Source of the DNA: Raillietiella orientalis
Lineage: Eukaryota
Assembly: GCA_036172245.1 (NCBI GenBank)
Contig: JAYWIR010000003.1
Coordinates: 6,386,001-6,450,000 of the forward strand
Length of the DNA: 64,000 nucleotides
Direction of reading: 5' to 3'
Made by a program: the position numbers and the translations under genes. Positions within the stretch are counted from its first letter, which is position 1, and the number at the start of each line of letters is the position of its first letter. Under the pieces are notes generated by a model, which was given only the letters and a program-made list of their open reading frames with translations, was not told the origin of the DNA and made no database searches. This document shows, one piece after another, positions 14,105 through 26,638 of this stretch.

Positions 14105-14295
14105 AAAGCAGTCACAGTCGCAGTAGCACTAGCAATCATGATAGTAGAAGCAGTACGAGCAGCAATAGTGTTGGTAGAATTATCAGAAGCAGTAATTGTG
14201 GTAATAGAAGTAGTAGTAGCAGTAGCGGTGAAAGGAGGAGGAGGAATAGAAAGAAGAATGGAAAAAGGAAGGAAGAGGGTGAGGAAGTTGGAAGG
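14105..14295. repeat. Degenerate (AGT/AGC)n trinucleotide tract grading into a purine-rich tract
   Basis: gcagtagcactagcaatc...gtagtagtagcagtagcgg...ggaggaggagg; explains the V/A-, S- and L-rich pseudo-ORFs here. Confidence 0.8.
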
Positions 14296-16548
14296 GTGGT
14301 ATAGGTGCTGTTGGGAAGACTCACTGACTGCGGGGACATGGGAAGACAGAAGAAAATAAAAATCTAATCGTTGAGAAGTGCAGGAGGCTTGAGGATTCCG
14401 GAAGGCAGCTGGAACGCCTCTGTTCCTTCGATTCTTCCAATGACAGAGGCCCCTTCCCCCTTATCCCTGTCACTTTTCTATCCGGCTCGGGACAAAAGGA
14501 TCCCACTTTCGTTTTCTCGGTCCCGAATGCCTCGAGCGCCAGGCCGTTGTTCCACTCCAGACCCCAGCGCCTCCATCGCAAACTGCTCGTTTACGTCTCC
14601 TTCTCTCTCTCAACTTCCCGAGTCATATCTGAATAAACCATGGTTTCTGATTCCCAGCAGGAAAGGGGAGAAGACCGGACGGCAGCGATCGCTGCTGTTC
14701 GCGGTCCTTTAGGTCCTTCCTCGTCCGGCTCCTGCACGGGAGAGAACGGCATGCCTTTGTGGACTCCGCCAGAGGTGCTTTCTTTTCTTTTCTTACTCAT
14801 CTTCTTGCACCAAAGCTGTCGGTAATCTGCCTCAGAGTAGCTCGGGCTCAGGTAGCCGAATCCTTTCTCAGGGGCTCCTCCCCGCGCCTGCAGGAGAGAA
14901 TGCGAGAGCCTACTCTCCAAACACCAACGGACAGCTGACCCCTAGAAAGTGGCTCTCCGTACTCCCTCACTGAACCTGGAGAGACAAGGGAAGTTGCGGA
15001 CTGATGCCACCTACATGTCTGCAGTAGCGAGGGGACGCGGAGGCAGTGGGATCCCTCCCTTTTCCGGAGCGCCCAAGGAATGAGCAGGGAGTCTCCAGCC
15101 CCTTCTCGAATCCCTTGTTGCATCCATGGTTTCGCAGGTGCACGTTGCTTTCTGCTTACCTTTGGAGAGAGGAAAGGAGAAGTAGAAAGGTTGTCAACTG
15201 GAGACTGGAGTGTCCGTGATCCGGAAGCTGGGTGAGCTGGCTCGCAGACGCGTGTGGGCTCTCTGGAGTCTCCAGAAATTCCTGCACGGAGGGCCGCCTC
15301 ATCCACACCGCAGCAGCGGGTACTCCCGGCATGTGACCCATCGATCACTGAATATGACCCTTTGCGAGCCTTTCCATCCAAAGACTACTCGCCCGAAAAA
15401 CAGCCTTGGCATTAGAAGCGTAGCTGGAAGCAGCCTTCCCAGAAGAAACCGCTGCTTCCACGCTCTGTACGCCAGTACCTTTCTCCCGGCTATTTCTCTG
15501 AGTTCCCCTGCCAGCCGGCGCAGCGGCAGGCCTCTCGGAAGGGCAGTCTCCGTCAGCCCCGTGCGCGAACATCCATTTTGAAGTCGACGTGATGTCCTAC
15601 CAATCCCTACCATCGCGCAACTTTCCTGATTTGAACGGTTCACTTCGATAACGCGGGTGTTTCTCCTTTTCCTCCTGAAGTTCTCCTCCGGCTCCCCAAG
15701 CACGCAGCTGAGAGGGATCGTTCGTCCTCAACTCCCCTTCCCCTTCCCAAACAGCAGATTTCCTGGACGCAGGAGCTGCCTCTCTCGAAAGTAGGAGGAC
15801 TGACTGAAATGCTGTGAAAAAATAATGTGGATGCGGGGATACCGGCGAGAAAGATGAGATGAACCAGGCCTGTGAAGCAAAGATCAAAAGAAGACATTGT
15901 CTTCTGAGCTGGCCCTTTGTGCTTCTCTTTCGGTCAAGGATGAGGAAGCTCATCCTGGGTTGTGGGACACAGGGGACTCCAGAAAGGTCGCTCTCTGTTG
16001 GGGAGTTGCTTTGCACGCTCTCCAGCATTCGGTCCATCCGTTAAGCATCCTGTGCTCCTCTGCGCGCATCAGTTTCATCGCTTTCGCTTCCGATTCGGCC
16101 AGAGATGCTGACAGGCCCCGTGCAAGGAGGAAACCGTGGGAAGAAGAATTGGCATCTCTCTTCTTCCTCCTGCGGCTTCCTTTCTCTCCCCCCCTTCTCT
16201 CCCTCTCTCCCTTCCTCCTGGAGATTTCCAGGACGGCTTTTCTTTCTGCGGACCCCTTGCCATCAGTGAACTCCCAACAGATTTCCTTCTCTCCCGCCCT
16301 CCCTTAATTCTCCACCCCCTGCTTTCCCGGTTCCCATGCTTTTACTCGAAGCTCGCGGATCCGAAGAGCGCCTTGCCGGAACCCGTGCTGCCCAGGAGCA
16401 GGACGGCATTCACTTCGCGTTCCCACTGCGCGCCGATGGGAACCCGAGCAAGCTAGAGATCGATGTCCCTCTCGTCTGTTGGACGCGCTCGTCATCGCCC
16501 TGAAGCGCGTTTCGCCCTCTGCCTCCTCGATGATCCTCTGAACCCTCA

Positions 16549-16586
16549 TTTCCAGGTGCGGAAGGTCCCACTGAGAGGCCATCATG
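16549..16586 (+). promoter_or_regulatory. 3' splice acceptor 28 nt upstream of the PDE start codon, plus Kozak-like context
   Basis: ctcatttccag|GT with AG at 16554-16555; gccatcATG with A at -3. Confidence 0.5.
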
Positions 16587-17240
16587 AGCGCAGACCTTGG
16601 CTGGAGGGAATGCGAGGAATTCCTGGACAGACATCCGGAGAAGCTTCAAGAAATGTTCCTGAAAAAGGCCACAGTGGAAACCGTCAACAGATGGCTGCTC
16701 TGCAGAGGATTTCCACCCTTCGCAGAACTCTTAGAGATCAGAGATCATTCGTCGTCCCTCCCGTCCTGCCCGCCAGGCTCTCTGGACTCGAGGTTCGCGA
16801 AGGACTCGACAGCCTCCAAGGCCCATCTTAGGAAAGACTTTGGCAAGTGCCGCTCGAAGAGCTCGATGAGGCTGAATGACTATCCGTTCCTCTACGGAGT
16901 CCCCAGGCATCCGCCGAAGCTGAGGGAAGTGAAGAAGTTTCGCAGCCTGCCGCCTCGCTCAGCAGCGTCTCTTTCCGTATTACTGCAATCGAAAGTGCAG
17001 TTTCCTCAGTACGGCGTTACCGACTTGAAGAAAAAATTGGAGATTAAACATCGGGACGTAGAGGATTTCTTCTTCGAAATCGTGAAGGAAATAGCAAACG
17101 AACTGTGCATAGAGACGCTGAAGAAGAAGATCACGATGAATTTGAAGCTCTTGCTGGACTGCAGCGAATGCTCCATTTTCCTCGTAAATAAGGAAGCTTC
17201 TTCCACGAGGGACTCCGGCAAAGGCCAGAGTACAAAACAG
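16584..17240 (+). CDS. PDE11: PDE11-like exon 1 (N-terminus and start of GAF-A); 3' end may extend to 17423
   Basis: [19 protein letters not shown]...[12 protein letters not shown]...CSIFLV; donor CAG|GTAAAG at 17241, alternative GCA|GTGAAA at 17424, both phase 0. Confidence 0.85.
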
Positions 17241-20200
17241 GTAAAGGCGGAATATTTCGATAGAATCTGCTTCATTGATTCACATGTACCTCATGGGGAT
17301 CTCGGAAGAGGAGTAGAGAGTCCTCTGCTGCTTCTGAAGAGAGCCGAGGCATCCGAATCCAGGTTGCACGCGATCGTCGAGGAGCCATTTCTCGAAGATG
17401 CTGCTGCGAGATGGCGGTTGGCAGTGAAATGAACTGTTCAGCTCTCATCAACGGCTGGAATCTGACTGCCATCAGTCTGCTCACCACCAGGTCGAAGAAT
17501 GAATTTCGTTCGAGGGGATCCTCTGCAGCCCTGCCGAAGAGCGGGGTTTCAAACAAGCAGAAAGGGATGAGTTTGACAACTGAGGGGAAGGTGAACGTAC
17601 GAAGCTACGAGGATGCAAAAAATGCGTGAGGACGCTCACAGGGTTCCACGTCACCATCCTCTCCTGGTTTTCTGCTCAAAGTGAACCAAGGCTCCAATCA
17701 AGACCAGGAGCATCTTAAGTTCCGCTTCATCATCCGCAAACCGAGACACCCGAAGAATTTCCGTGGATTAAGAGGTTTTCAGATTTAGCAGCGGTGTTGG
17801 CCAGAGCCTCTCCACGTCATTCTGCTAATTTTTGCGGGGGAGGATTCGTGCTCGGAAACAGAAGAAGATGGTTTCCTAGTATCTGTCAGACATGAAACTG
17901 GAAACGTGCTCCTTCCCTCATGATCCGGAAGCAAAGAGGCAGCAGCGAGAGAAGGCGGATTCCCGTCTTCAGGAAAAGCATTTCCTTTTTGATTGCCGAA
18001 GCTGGAAGACGCAAATAAAATTTTATGGGTGGACAAAAAACAATAACATGCCAACTTCTCTTTCGTATCACATTGGACGACTTGGGAAACCTGTGACACA
18101 TAGATGCTCGTGAAAGTCCAGTTTTCGCATGGTGTTTCAACATGTTTACGCTTCTCTCTTGATATATGTATTTATTTATTCAAGATCGCGGAAGATGACG
18201 CCGAAGTTCAGCAGCAGCCAGCGGCTCACGAGGACGCCTCCTTACTGTCCCTGCCCGTCAAAGATCCTCGAGGGGACGTGATCGCCCAAGTGATTTCCAT
18301 CAAGAGGATAGGCGCACCTGGGTTCAGCACGCTAGACAGGAAGGTATTTCACTAGCGACGAGCTGGGTGTGTCCTCAAGTTCTGTCTCGCACTGTCTTGA
18401 TTCCTTGTCACCGTGAGTTCAGTCGATCTTCGATTTCGCGTGGGAAGGATGGAGGTGTCCTTCCAATCATCAAGAAGGAAAAAAATAATATATATATTCG
18501 TTTCGGAAACCTCTGCTGGAAAGAAATGACGTAGGGTGGCGCTCACGGCATTTCGGAGTCGAGGCTTTTAGTGGCGTTGGAGCTTGAGATGCTGGGTCTG
18601 ACGCGATCTTCTGATACGGTAAACCCGGAGTTCCTGGAACAGTCATCTTACGAGCAGCACAATTCTGTTTATTAAATCAGCTCACTTGGGAGGCAAGAGA
18701 AAGGAGAGTTCACAGTGCACCGAAGAGCTCCCAGAGCTCCCAGTTGGTGTTGACTGATGAGTAAAAAATCCTGCAGCTCATAGAGAACACGTGATCTCCA
18801 GAGCAAATCTCATGCGTACGCAGTTTGAGGAAAGGAAGAAATTCATCGTTTCGGATTCGACTTTGTGGTGATTCTGTGGCATGGCGCAGCCGTGGTCCCT
18901 GCTTATTGCTTCGCTTCCGAATTCAGGGGTTTCCATGTAGAGGTGTTTGTTCCTCATACCGCTCTGGTGAATCCAGTGGTCCCTCTTGGTGATGCTCTTC
19001 CATCCAGCTTCTAGGGGTTGCGGACGCGCCGAAAATCCTGGCACCCGATTCCGTTTTTCATTCGTCGTTTCCCCACGCGGAAGTGGGGGAAACTCCATGA
19101 CGTTCCAGTTGAAGCGTGATGCAGTTTCGCTCATCTCTTCTTCCGTGTGTCTTCGCACAAATCTGCTACTATGATGGAAATCTGGGCGTAGACGAAAAAG
19201 GAATTCCCAGACTGGGATTGGGATTACTGAGTTGTGCTGGTCAGCACCTTGAAAACGTGAGAACGTTGAGAGACGGCTCCTTGGAACCTGGGAATCCATG
19301 AAACGGGAATCCCAGCATCTTTATCCCGTTGCGTGATTTCGAACCTGAGGGAGAAAGAGGCAGTTTGTGACTCACACCCACCGATACATACCACTGAAGC
19401 TGCGTGATTGTAAAGTCGTTGCCCTGGGCTCCCCAGATCGTTCCTCGAGAAAAGTTTTCTCTCGAAACGATAACTTGCAAGGAACTCGGAAGATCAGGCA
19501 GATCCGACGAAATCGGGCCTTTCTGCTCCAAGTTCCTCGGATAGTCATCTTACGAGCAGCGCAATTCTGTGTATCATCTAATTCGCTCGCTTGGGAAACG
19601 AGGAAAACACTGGAAACACACTTTCAAGGCGGATTTCTTTAGGAGATCATCGGCTAAGGGAAACCGTTGAACGCCAAAGTTCATCTCGGAAGAGAGAAGA
19701 GAGTAATACTTGAGAAAGGGATAACAGCTAAAGTCCGATGACTGTCCGAAGAATTCCAAGTTGGGTGGAAGAAATCCCTAAAACTGGCTCCTTCTACGAC
19801 TGAAGAGTTCCGAAAGACGTACGGGTTGAAAATGTCAGCCCTGCAGCGGCACTGGGTGATGCTGAGAGGTGAAGGTCAACTGGAGTCGGTGCAAAGGAAA
19901 GCAAAAGGAGGCGAACCGAGGAGGATTTTACGAGCGGACTCGATCCACCAAGTAATTTCCTTTTCAGTTCGGTATCCACTGAGGATCCGGTAGTACGGTA
20001 CTTGCAGCGTGTTTCCAGTGTGTGGAAACTGTGCACAGATCGATCCTTAGACATTCGCTTGTGGACACCAGTGCTGTTCCCGGAAATGGTGGCATGCACG
20101 ATGTCCGCCTTCCATCTCAGGAATATTGACTGTTCACGATATCCTCTTGGTAATATACGAACCTCCTCTCGAAGAGCTGTTGGTCTTACAGATTTCTGCA

Positions 20201-23200
20201 GCAGAGGGTTTTCATGATACGGAAGCATCGTTAAGATTTTTACGAAAAGTCCTGACCGAAATGAAATGCAGATCGAATTCCTGTAGCTGAAACCATCGTG
20301 AGAGGCATCATCCTCTTGGGAATCTTTCGGTGCTCTTCGTTCGAAGAGGAAGCTGCCCTTTTAGTTGATCTGGTTTTTGACACCACCAACTTCCTCTCAT
20401 CCTGCGTCTGATCTTCAGCTCGAGCTATTTCTTTGCGTCTCAAACCGATGGTTGGAAAACGGTGGTTCACGCGAGGAACGGTCCAAATCCAAAGTTGCAA
20501 TTCATCTTGGCGACTGGAAATTCCATCGCCTTTCTGCAAAGTGATTCCCTTCGAATTTTCTCGCTGCTTCCAAGGAGCTGACTTTCAGCCGACAACCTGC
20601 CCTGAGGACTCGATGCAGGGATCGTAGGCCATTGCCCTTCCCCCCCACCCCTCGACGAATAAGGTGTGATGTCTCGTGAAGAACATCAGGAAACAGGACA
20701 TGGAATGACCTTCGTCGATCTTCGTGACGCGAAAGGTCGGGATTCTCGTGCCGTGGGCGCTTTTCCGCTTTAGCAATCAGCCTTGCAAATAAATCGGATC
20801 GAGCAGCCTGGGAAACCACTGAAGATGCTGATCTGAGCAATCTTTTCAGATGAAGAAGCTCCGGCCTAGAAGAGGTGATTGCGAAGTTTTCGTGATTGCA
20901 AATTTAAAATTTCCCTTTCGGACACAGCTGATTTCTCTTCAGAGCAAAAACTCTTCGTTGAATTAGCAAGAGCCATGCTTTTAATCTAAGGAGACATCAT
21001 TCATGACATGAAACGTCATCATTCATGCCTCCAAGCTGGGTGACATTGCGAAACTTATATTCATAGTTCACTAAGCTCGAGACTGATGCTTGCTAACATG
21101 AATCTTGCACTGTATTGGTTTGTGCAAAAAAAAAATCGGCAAAAAAAGAAAAAAAAAAAAAAAAAAAGCAAAGAAGGCATTTTCTAAAGGCGCAGAGGCA
21201 TTGAATGAATCGGAGCAAAAAGAGGAAACATCCTAAATTCAATCTTCCAGCAGTTTTGCCCCATCACCCATATGATGTTCATCTTTGGCGATCCTGGAAC
21301 TTTCATCGAAAGAGCATTTCACGCCTACTCTGAAAAATAGGCTGTTTTCTATAGGTTTACTTGCGGATCGCTTTTGAAATTTGCATTCCCGCGAGGACTC
21401 TTTCCATAAACTGCACTGATCAAAAACACGACTTTCCGACGGAGCAAACCGATGCTCGTTCGTGCCGAACCCATAGCAACGAAGAATCTTTCACCTCCAA
21501 GGTGCATCACCTACGGAGTAACACGGAGCACTTGCCACCACCCACTTCTTGTCGACGGCTTCCTTTGGTCGCGTGCGCAACGTCGCGTTCTGACCTATTC
21601 GACCGCCACCCTTCTTCGCCCAGCAGCATGCGAGCGTTTCGTCGCCGCTGGGAATCACTTCCTGAGGAGGGCTCCATAAGCAGAGGAAAATAATATATGA
21701 GATCAATTTTTTTTTTTTTTTTTTCTTCTCCCAGATGGTGGAAACTTATCTGCAATTTGCAGGGATCGCTTTGACAAACGCCAGGATCCTTGACGCATCC
21801 AGGAGGGAATACGAGAGAAACAAGGTGAGTTGAAGAGATGATAGATTCGATTTCACGGAATGCATACTCCGTGCACTGCGTTTTTCAGAAGCACAGAATA
21901 ACGGAGGGAAAGAGAAGGTATTTATTTTCCAGAATGGATGAGAATCTATTTCCTCCCCTCCCCCCCCCCCCCTTTTTTTTTTAAAAAAAAAAAAAAAAAA
22001 AACAAAGCATTGGCTGCACCCTTTAATTTCCCAGGAGTGCTTTTCCACATGGAGAAATCCCTTCTCTACATCCCTGCCTTGCGTGGGATTTCTCCATCCT
22101 GCTATGTTAATCCGCGACGGTGGAAATCCAAATTTTTAACCTTTGGGCCGAAAGAGTGTCGAACGCATAAGCAGTGTTCGGAACACGCGCGGTCACACCT
22201 CACAGCTACTAAGCCACGCGTCATGCGGGACGCCTTCCGGAGAGTGCTCTTTGGACGAGCCGCCGAGATGCACTGCTCCTCCTACTCGGCGGTGTGATCA
22301 AACACGCGTGTTCCACTCACTGCTGGGCCCTAATAGGGGACCCTCAAGCAAACAGCGCGGGATGCCGCATACACCGACCGCTGCGCGTTGCGTGCGACTC
22401 TGGAAAAGCGCCTCTTCTTTCGATGCAGAGGGAGTTTCCACAGAATGATGCTGCGGAAACTCCTTCTGGACAAAAAAGAGAACGGCACACCACTTGTCAA
22501 GCCCATCGGAATTCGAACGTCCGCCGCTCGAGTGGGCGTCTTGCGGTTGCGGCATCCGAAGAGACGTTTTGGAACGTCAGCACTTTAATCGACGAGTCAG
22601 CAGCCTTCTCCGCCTGCTATTAGTATGCGAGAGAGTGTAAGGAAAAAGCAAAACACACCGAATCATGTGGACTGTGCATTTTTAGTTACTGTTGGAGGTG
22701 GTCCATGACCTGTTTGAGGAGCAAACACACTTAGACAACATCATTTTAAAAATATTGCAACGGGTCCATCACCTCGTAAACTGCGAAACGTCTGCCATTC
22801 TTTTGACGGAGGAGGAATGCGAGGTACGGTAGCGATTTCTTGAAGCTTCCAGAGCAAAACGCGACAGGGCAAACGTCGTCCGCCGCCATCTCACGATGAG
22901 CAGCCGTGGACCCCGATCGTGACAACTGCACGCACGGGAGAGGGGCTCGCACGCTCCCCAGGAAGGGGCAGCGTGTCCGCACGCCGGTTGCGCAGGGGTT
23001 GCTGGGGCTGCGGGCAGACGAATAGACGGCAGACCTCCGCTCCGATGGAAATCCTTGGGTTCTTTGTTTCCACGCCCACGGCAACCCGCAGGGGGGCGTG
23101 TGATTCTTCAGGATAGGGGGCACCCCGGGATGAGGGTCCGCCCTATGAATCCAGGAAGGACTCGCAGTCCGTTCCTCTGGCGCTTGGGGAGGGATCGCAC

Positions 23201-26200
23201 CTCCCACCCTGGTTGTCTCCTAAGGGGAACCCCGAAGGGAATCTCCCCTTCCTCATTCTCTCCGGAGGGAAACCCCCCTAACGGGGGGTGGTCCTCTCCA
23301 TTTTTTCTTCTCCGAAGGGAACCCGGAAAGGATCCGCTTGTAGGAATTTCTTCTCCGGAGGGAACCCGCAAGGGAACCGCTCCTGTTCACCTCTCTGAAG
23401 AGAACCCCGAAGGGACGCTTCCGAAACTCAGAAGGGGTGCTGCAGCTTCCCGCAGGGGGATCGCTCCCGCTTGCTTCCTTGTGCACACTATGTGAAGAAG
23501 CGACGACTCGGAGGATCCCCCCGCAACACGGGGGGTCCGCTCCCTTGAACAACTGGAGATGTGCCCGTGAGGGCTCCTGCTCCATCTTGAAACCGGAGGC
23601 GGTCCCCCGGTGACGGGGGTCCGCTCTCCGTTGCACGACAGGAGGGGGAAACTCCCCACTCCTTTATTCCTGGGAGGACCCGAAGGTCGACTCTGATTGT
23701 TCCGGCCCTCATCGGGAGGCCTCCGGCTTTATCCACCGCCGGTGCCACGCCCGAATGTCTCGGCCAACCAGCGCCATCTTGCAGGAGGAACTCGGCACCC
23801 AAACGACGCAGTGGCGTCAGTTATCTGCCGAAGTATTCGAACCCGCGACGCACGGTGCCACGCGCGGAAGCCTCAACCACAAAGCCACCGACGCGGGCAG
23901 CTGCAGAGGGGGGACGAGAGGTGGCACCCTCGGCTTCGAGAAGGGCGACTCGTCCGACTTGTCGCCGAAAGACGCAGATTCTCCTCGGTCCTCATGAATT
24001 TTGCATGCCCCTCAGCCTGGGCGCCCTGCCCCGTGCCGTTGGGCCCCGATGACTTATGAGCGCCTTCTCGCAGGGAACGCCGTCGCATTCTTGATGGAAG
24101 TTCGAGCTGTTGGCTTTTTTCGGATGCTTCCCCGCGAGGTCATCCATCACTCCGAAATTGCATTATGTTAGGCGTGCCCTCATCGGACGAGCCCGTTTTC
24201 GTCAGCAGAACGGACAGCGGCTCCCGTTTTTCTCTTTCCAAACTTCGTTTCTTCCGTTCCTTTCCAAACTGAAAGAAGCGGCGCTTCGGGAAAAACCGGA
24301 AAGAAGTGTGGAAGTTCTACAAGGGAATTGGCTCTCCTCAGCAATGCGTGTGTGCGTGCGTGCCTGCGTGCTTGCGTGTGAGAGAGAGAGAGACCAGTTA
24401 GTCTCTTGGCACCCTCCAAGTCCCGCGTCCTCGGAGGTCGATCTAACAGAAAGGCTCGTTTGCAGCCAGAAGGGATTTTGCTGCTTGTTGCTGGTTCGGT
24501 TCCCCCCTGCAGAAAACCTGCATCCGCTGCAGCAAGAAGGATACGAGCAGCAAAAGGGAAATCACGAGAACGCTGTCCTCCCCACGCTCCTTGGATTATC
24601 CTTCGTGCTTTCCTTCCTCGGTCGGACTCGGCAAATTTCGTTTTCTTGCGTCAGCTCTACGTGTATCCTTGCCGCCTCCTTCCTCCTTCCCTCTTCGGGT
24701 CCCAGGGATGCGTCACAGAGGGGAAGCCGTCGTGGCAAACGGAAGGCGGGAGGAAGAAATCTACTGACGGGTGTTATTCTGCCTTCAATTCATACGAACT
24801 CGAAAATCGATTGACACCCCACTCCGGGAGCGTCCGTGCATTCTGCACAGCTGCGACCTGTCGAAGATTGAGGAAACGCACCTCGGCTCCACGGAAAGCA
24901 AAACAGCGGCGGCGCGATGGAGACTGTGCAAGAGGAAGGAAAACGAGATGTCATGAGAATGGCATCTCCAGGTAAGAGTGTGGCTCGACTTCCCGACGGC
25001 TGCCGAGCGCGACCACCGTCTGCGATCCCCCATGTCAGTCTTGGAGCGAAACGCACGTTTGGAGACTTTCAGCTTTTGAGGATGGCCTCCGTCCCCGGAC
25101 GGTACCAACAGATTTGCAAGGCGTGGTGACCGACGCGGGAATCGACGGGATGTGGTGGTTGAGAGCGGAACGATCGATGCTCGGAAGCGTGGAAGAAGGA
25201 CTGGGAGCGTTCGCAGGTTCTTCCGGGGAATGCCGACGGCCCCGCGAGCTTCACGAGACCGTCCGAAGCGGCGCCGCGAAGAAAAAATGGCGACGCGCAC
25301 GGCGAAAGCGGCCTTTCGTGCATTCCTTGCAATGCTAGCGATGAGCGTTGTTTCCTCAAAAGGCAGACTCACGGCGTGGAAAAAGCCGGTTCATCCCAGA
25401 TTGAGGGACGAAAGGGGTCGATTCAGGCTCTGGGTGTCTGAGCTGCTCCCGGGCCGACTTTGCGTTGGACAAACGCAACAGTCATTGAAAAAAAAAAATC
25501 GCTGTCTTTACGTTCACTCTTTTAGATGAGTCAACTGCTGTCAGCATCGCCTCTCTTTTGAGCTTCCACACGTATTCCACGGGACTCTCAGTCGTAAATA
25601 AAATGGGGTATTGAATTTGACTACATTTGAACACGTGGTTGGTGCTCTGCATGTTCCCGGAGGATAAGTAGCTGCTCCGACGCTTTCGGTCCTGCAAGTC
25701 TTAACTTCCGGTTGCTCTCCGAGTGTGCTGCTCTTAGTGGCTTTTCGTGACCGATGAGGCACCTCGCATTCTCTCGAGCACGAAGCATATCGAAAATGTT
25801 CGGAGGATCTTACCGGTCCAAGATTCATAGGAAAAGAGTAACAGACGGGAGAAGAAAATGGGCATTTTCCACGAAAAATTGTGGAAATATGCATCGGACT
25901 TTGATGAAGAGACCTCGGTTTACTAGTGACGGCGGAGGGTTTGAGGACCTCTCGCTACATCCCAAATCCTTCGGCAGAACAACCGCCAAGAGCGCAGAGG
26001 GAAAACAAGGGCAGCTTCGAGAAGCACCATCTTCTCGCATCTTCCCCGAATGCTGCTTTACGGAACCCGCATTCAGTCCTCCTCCCCAGCTTGGCTACGT
26101 CCTTGCCGGTGCATACACTCTATGGCAGCTGGAGTAGCTGACGTGCTAGAAACTTTGGTTCTGTGATTCTTTCCTCCTGCTGTTGTTGGTATGGAGGATG

Positions 26201-26601
26201 GAGCAGGGCCACGGGAAATCCACACTTCTGCTGCATCCTCTTTAAAGGAACACCCGTCCTCAGCTTTGTGTTCTCTTGCAAAACGGCTTCCAGCCCTTGG
26301 CGCCGGCTGCGTTTGCTTGTTCTTCGTTATTAGCGGCTCATTTCGGAAAGCTGGCAACCCTGGAAGAAAAATAAGGGTCATTGGGAATTCATTTCGTCCT
26401 CTTGTCTTCTCACTCTAGCATCTCCGGCGTCAAACTCACACGGGCACTCTCAGCCGCGCGTTTCGCATCTCCACCGTGGGTTTATCGTTCCGATCTATAA
26501 AGTTCTTCCGGTGAGCTATGGGAGATGAGGGATTTTTGTTTTCCCTTTCTGTTTTCGGAATGAACGACTTCTTCATTCCGATGGCAAATTAGCCCACGTT
26601 T

Positions 26602-26638
<37 letters not shown>

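Noticed and set aside
23388..23439. Hammerhead-ribozyme-like CTGAAGA...CGAAA within the SINE body (also ~61068)
   Set aside because: Stem II does not close properly, there is no valid stem III/NUH site, CTGA pairs better with the downstream TCAG as a plain hairpin, and it is on the strand opposite the Pol III head.
23055..23636. ORFs with repeated EGNP/EGT motifs (also 27250-27849, 60953-61510)
   Set aside because: Translations of the GC-rich hairpin repeat; frames are not conserved between copies.
23100..23700. CRISPR-like array of palindromic repeats
   Set aside because: Eukaryotic intron, repeats are degenerate and variable in length, no unique constant-length spacers and no cas genes.
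23825..23897. tRNA gene on the minus strand (also ~27710-27776 and ~61435-61504)
   Set aside because: T-stem does not pair, anticodon arms differ between copies, and each is fused to a repeat body; treated as a SINE head.
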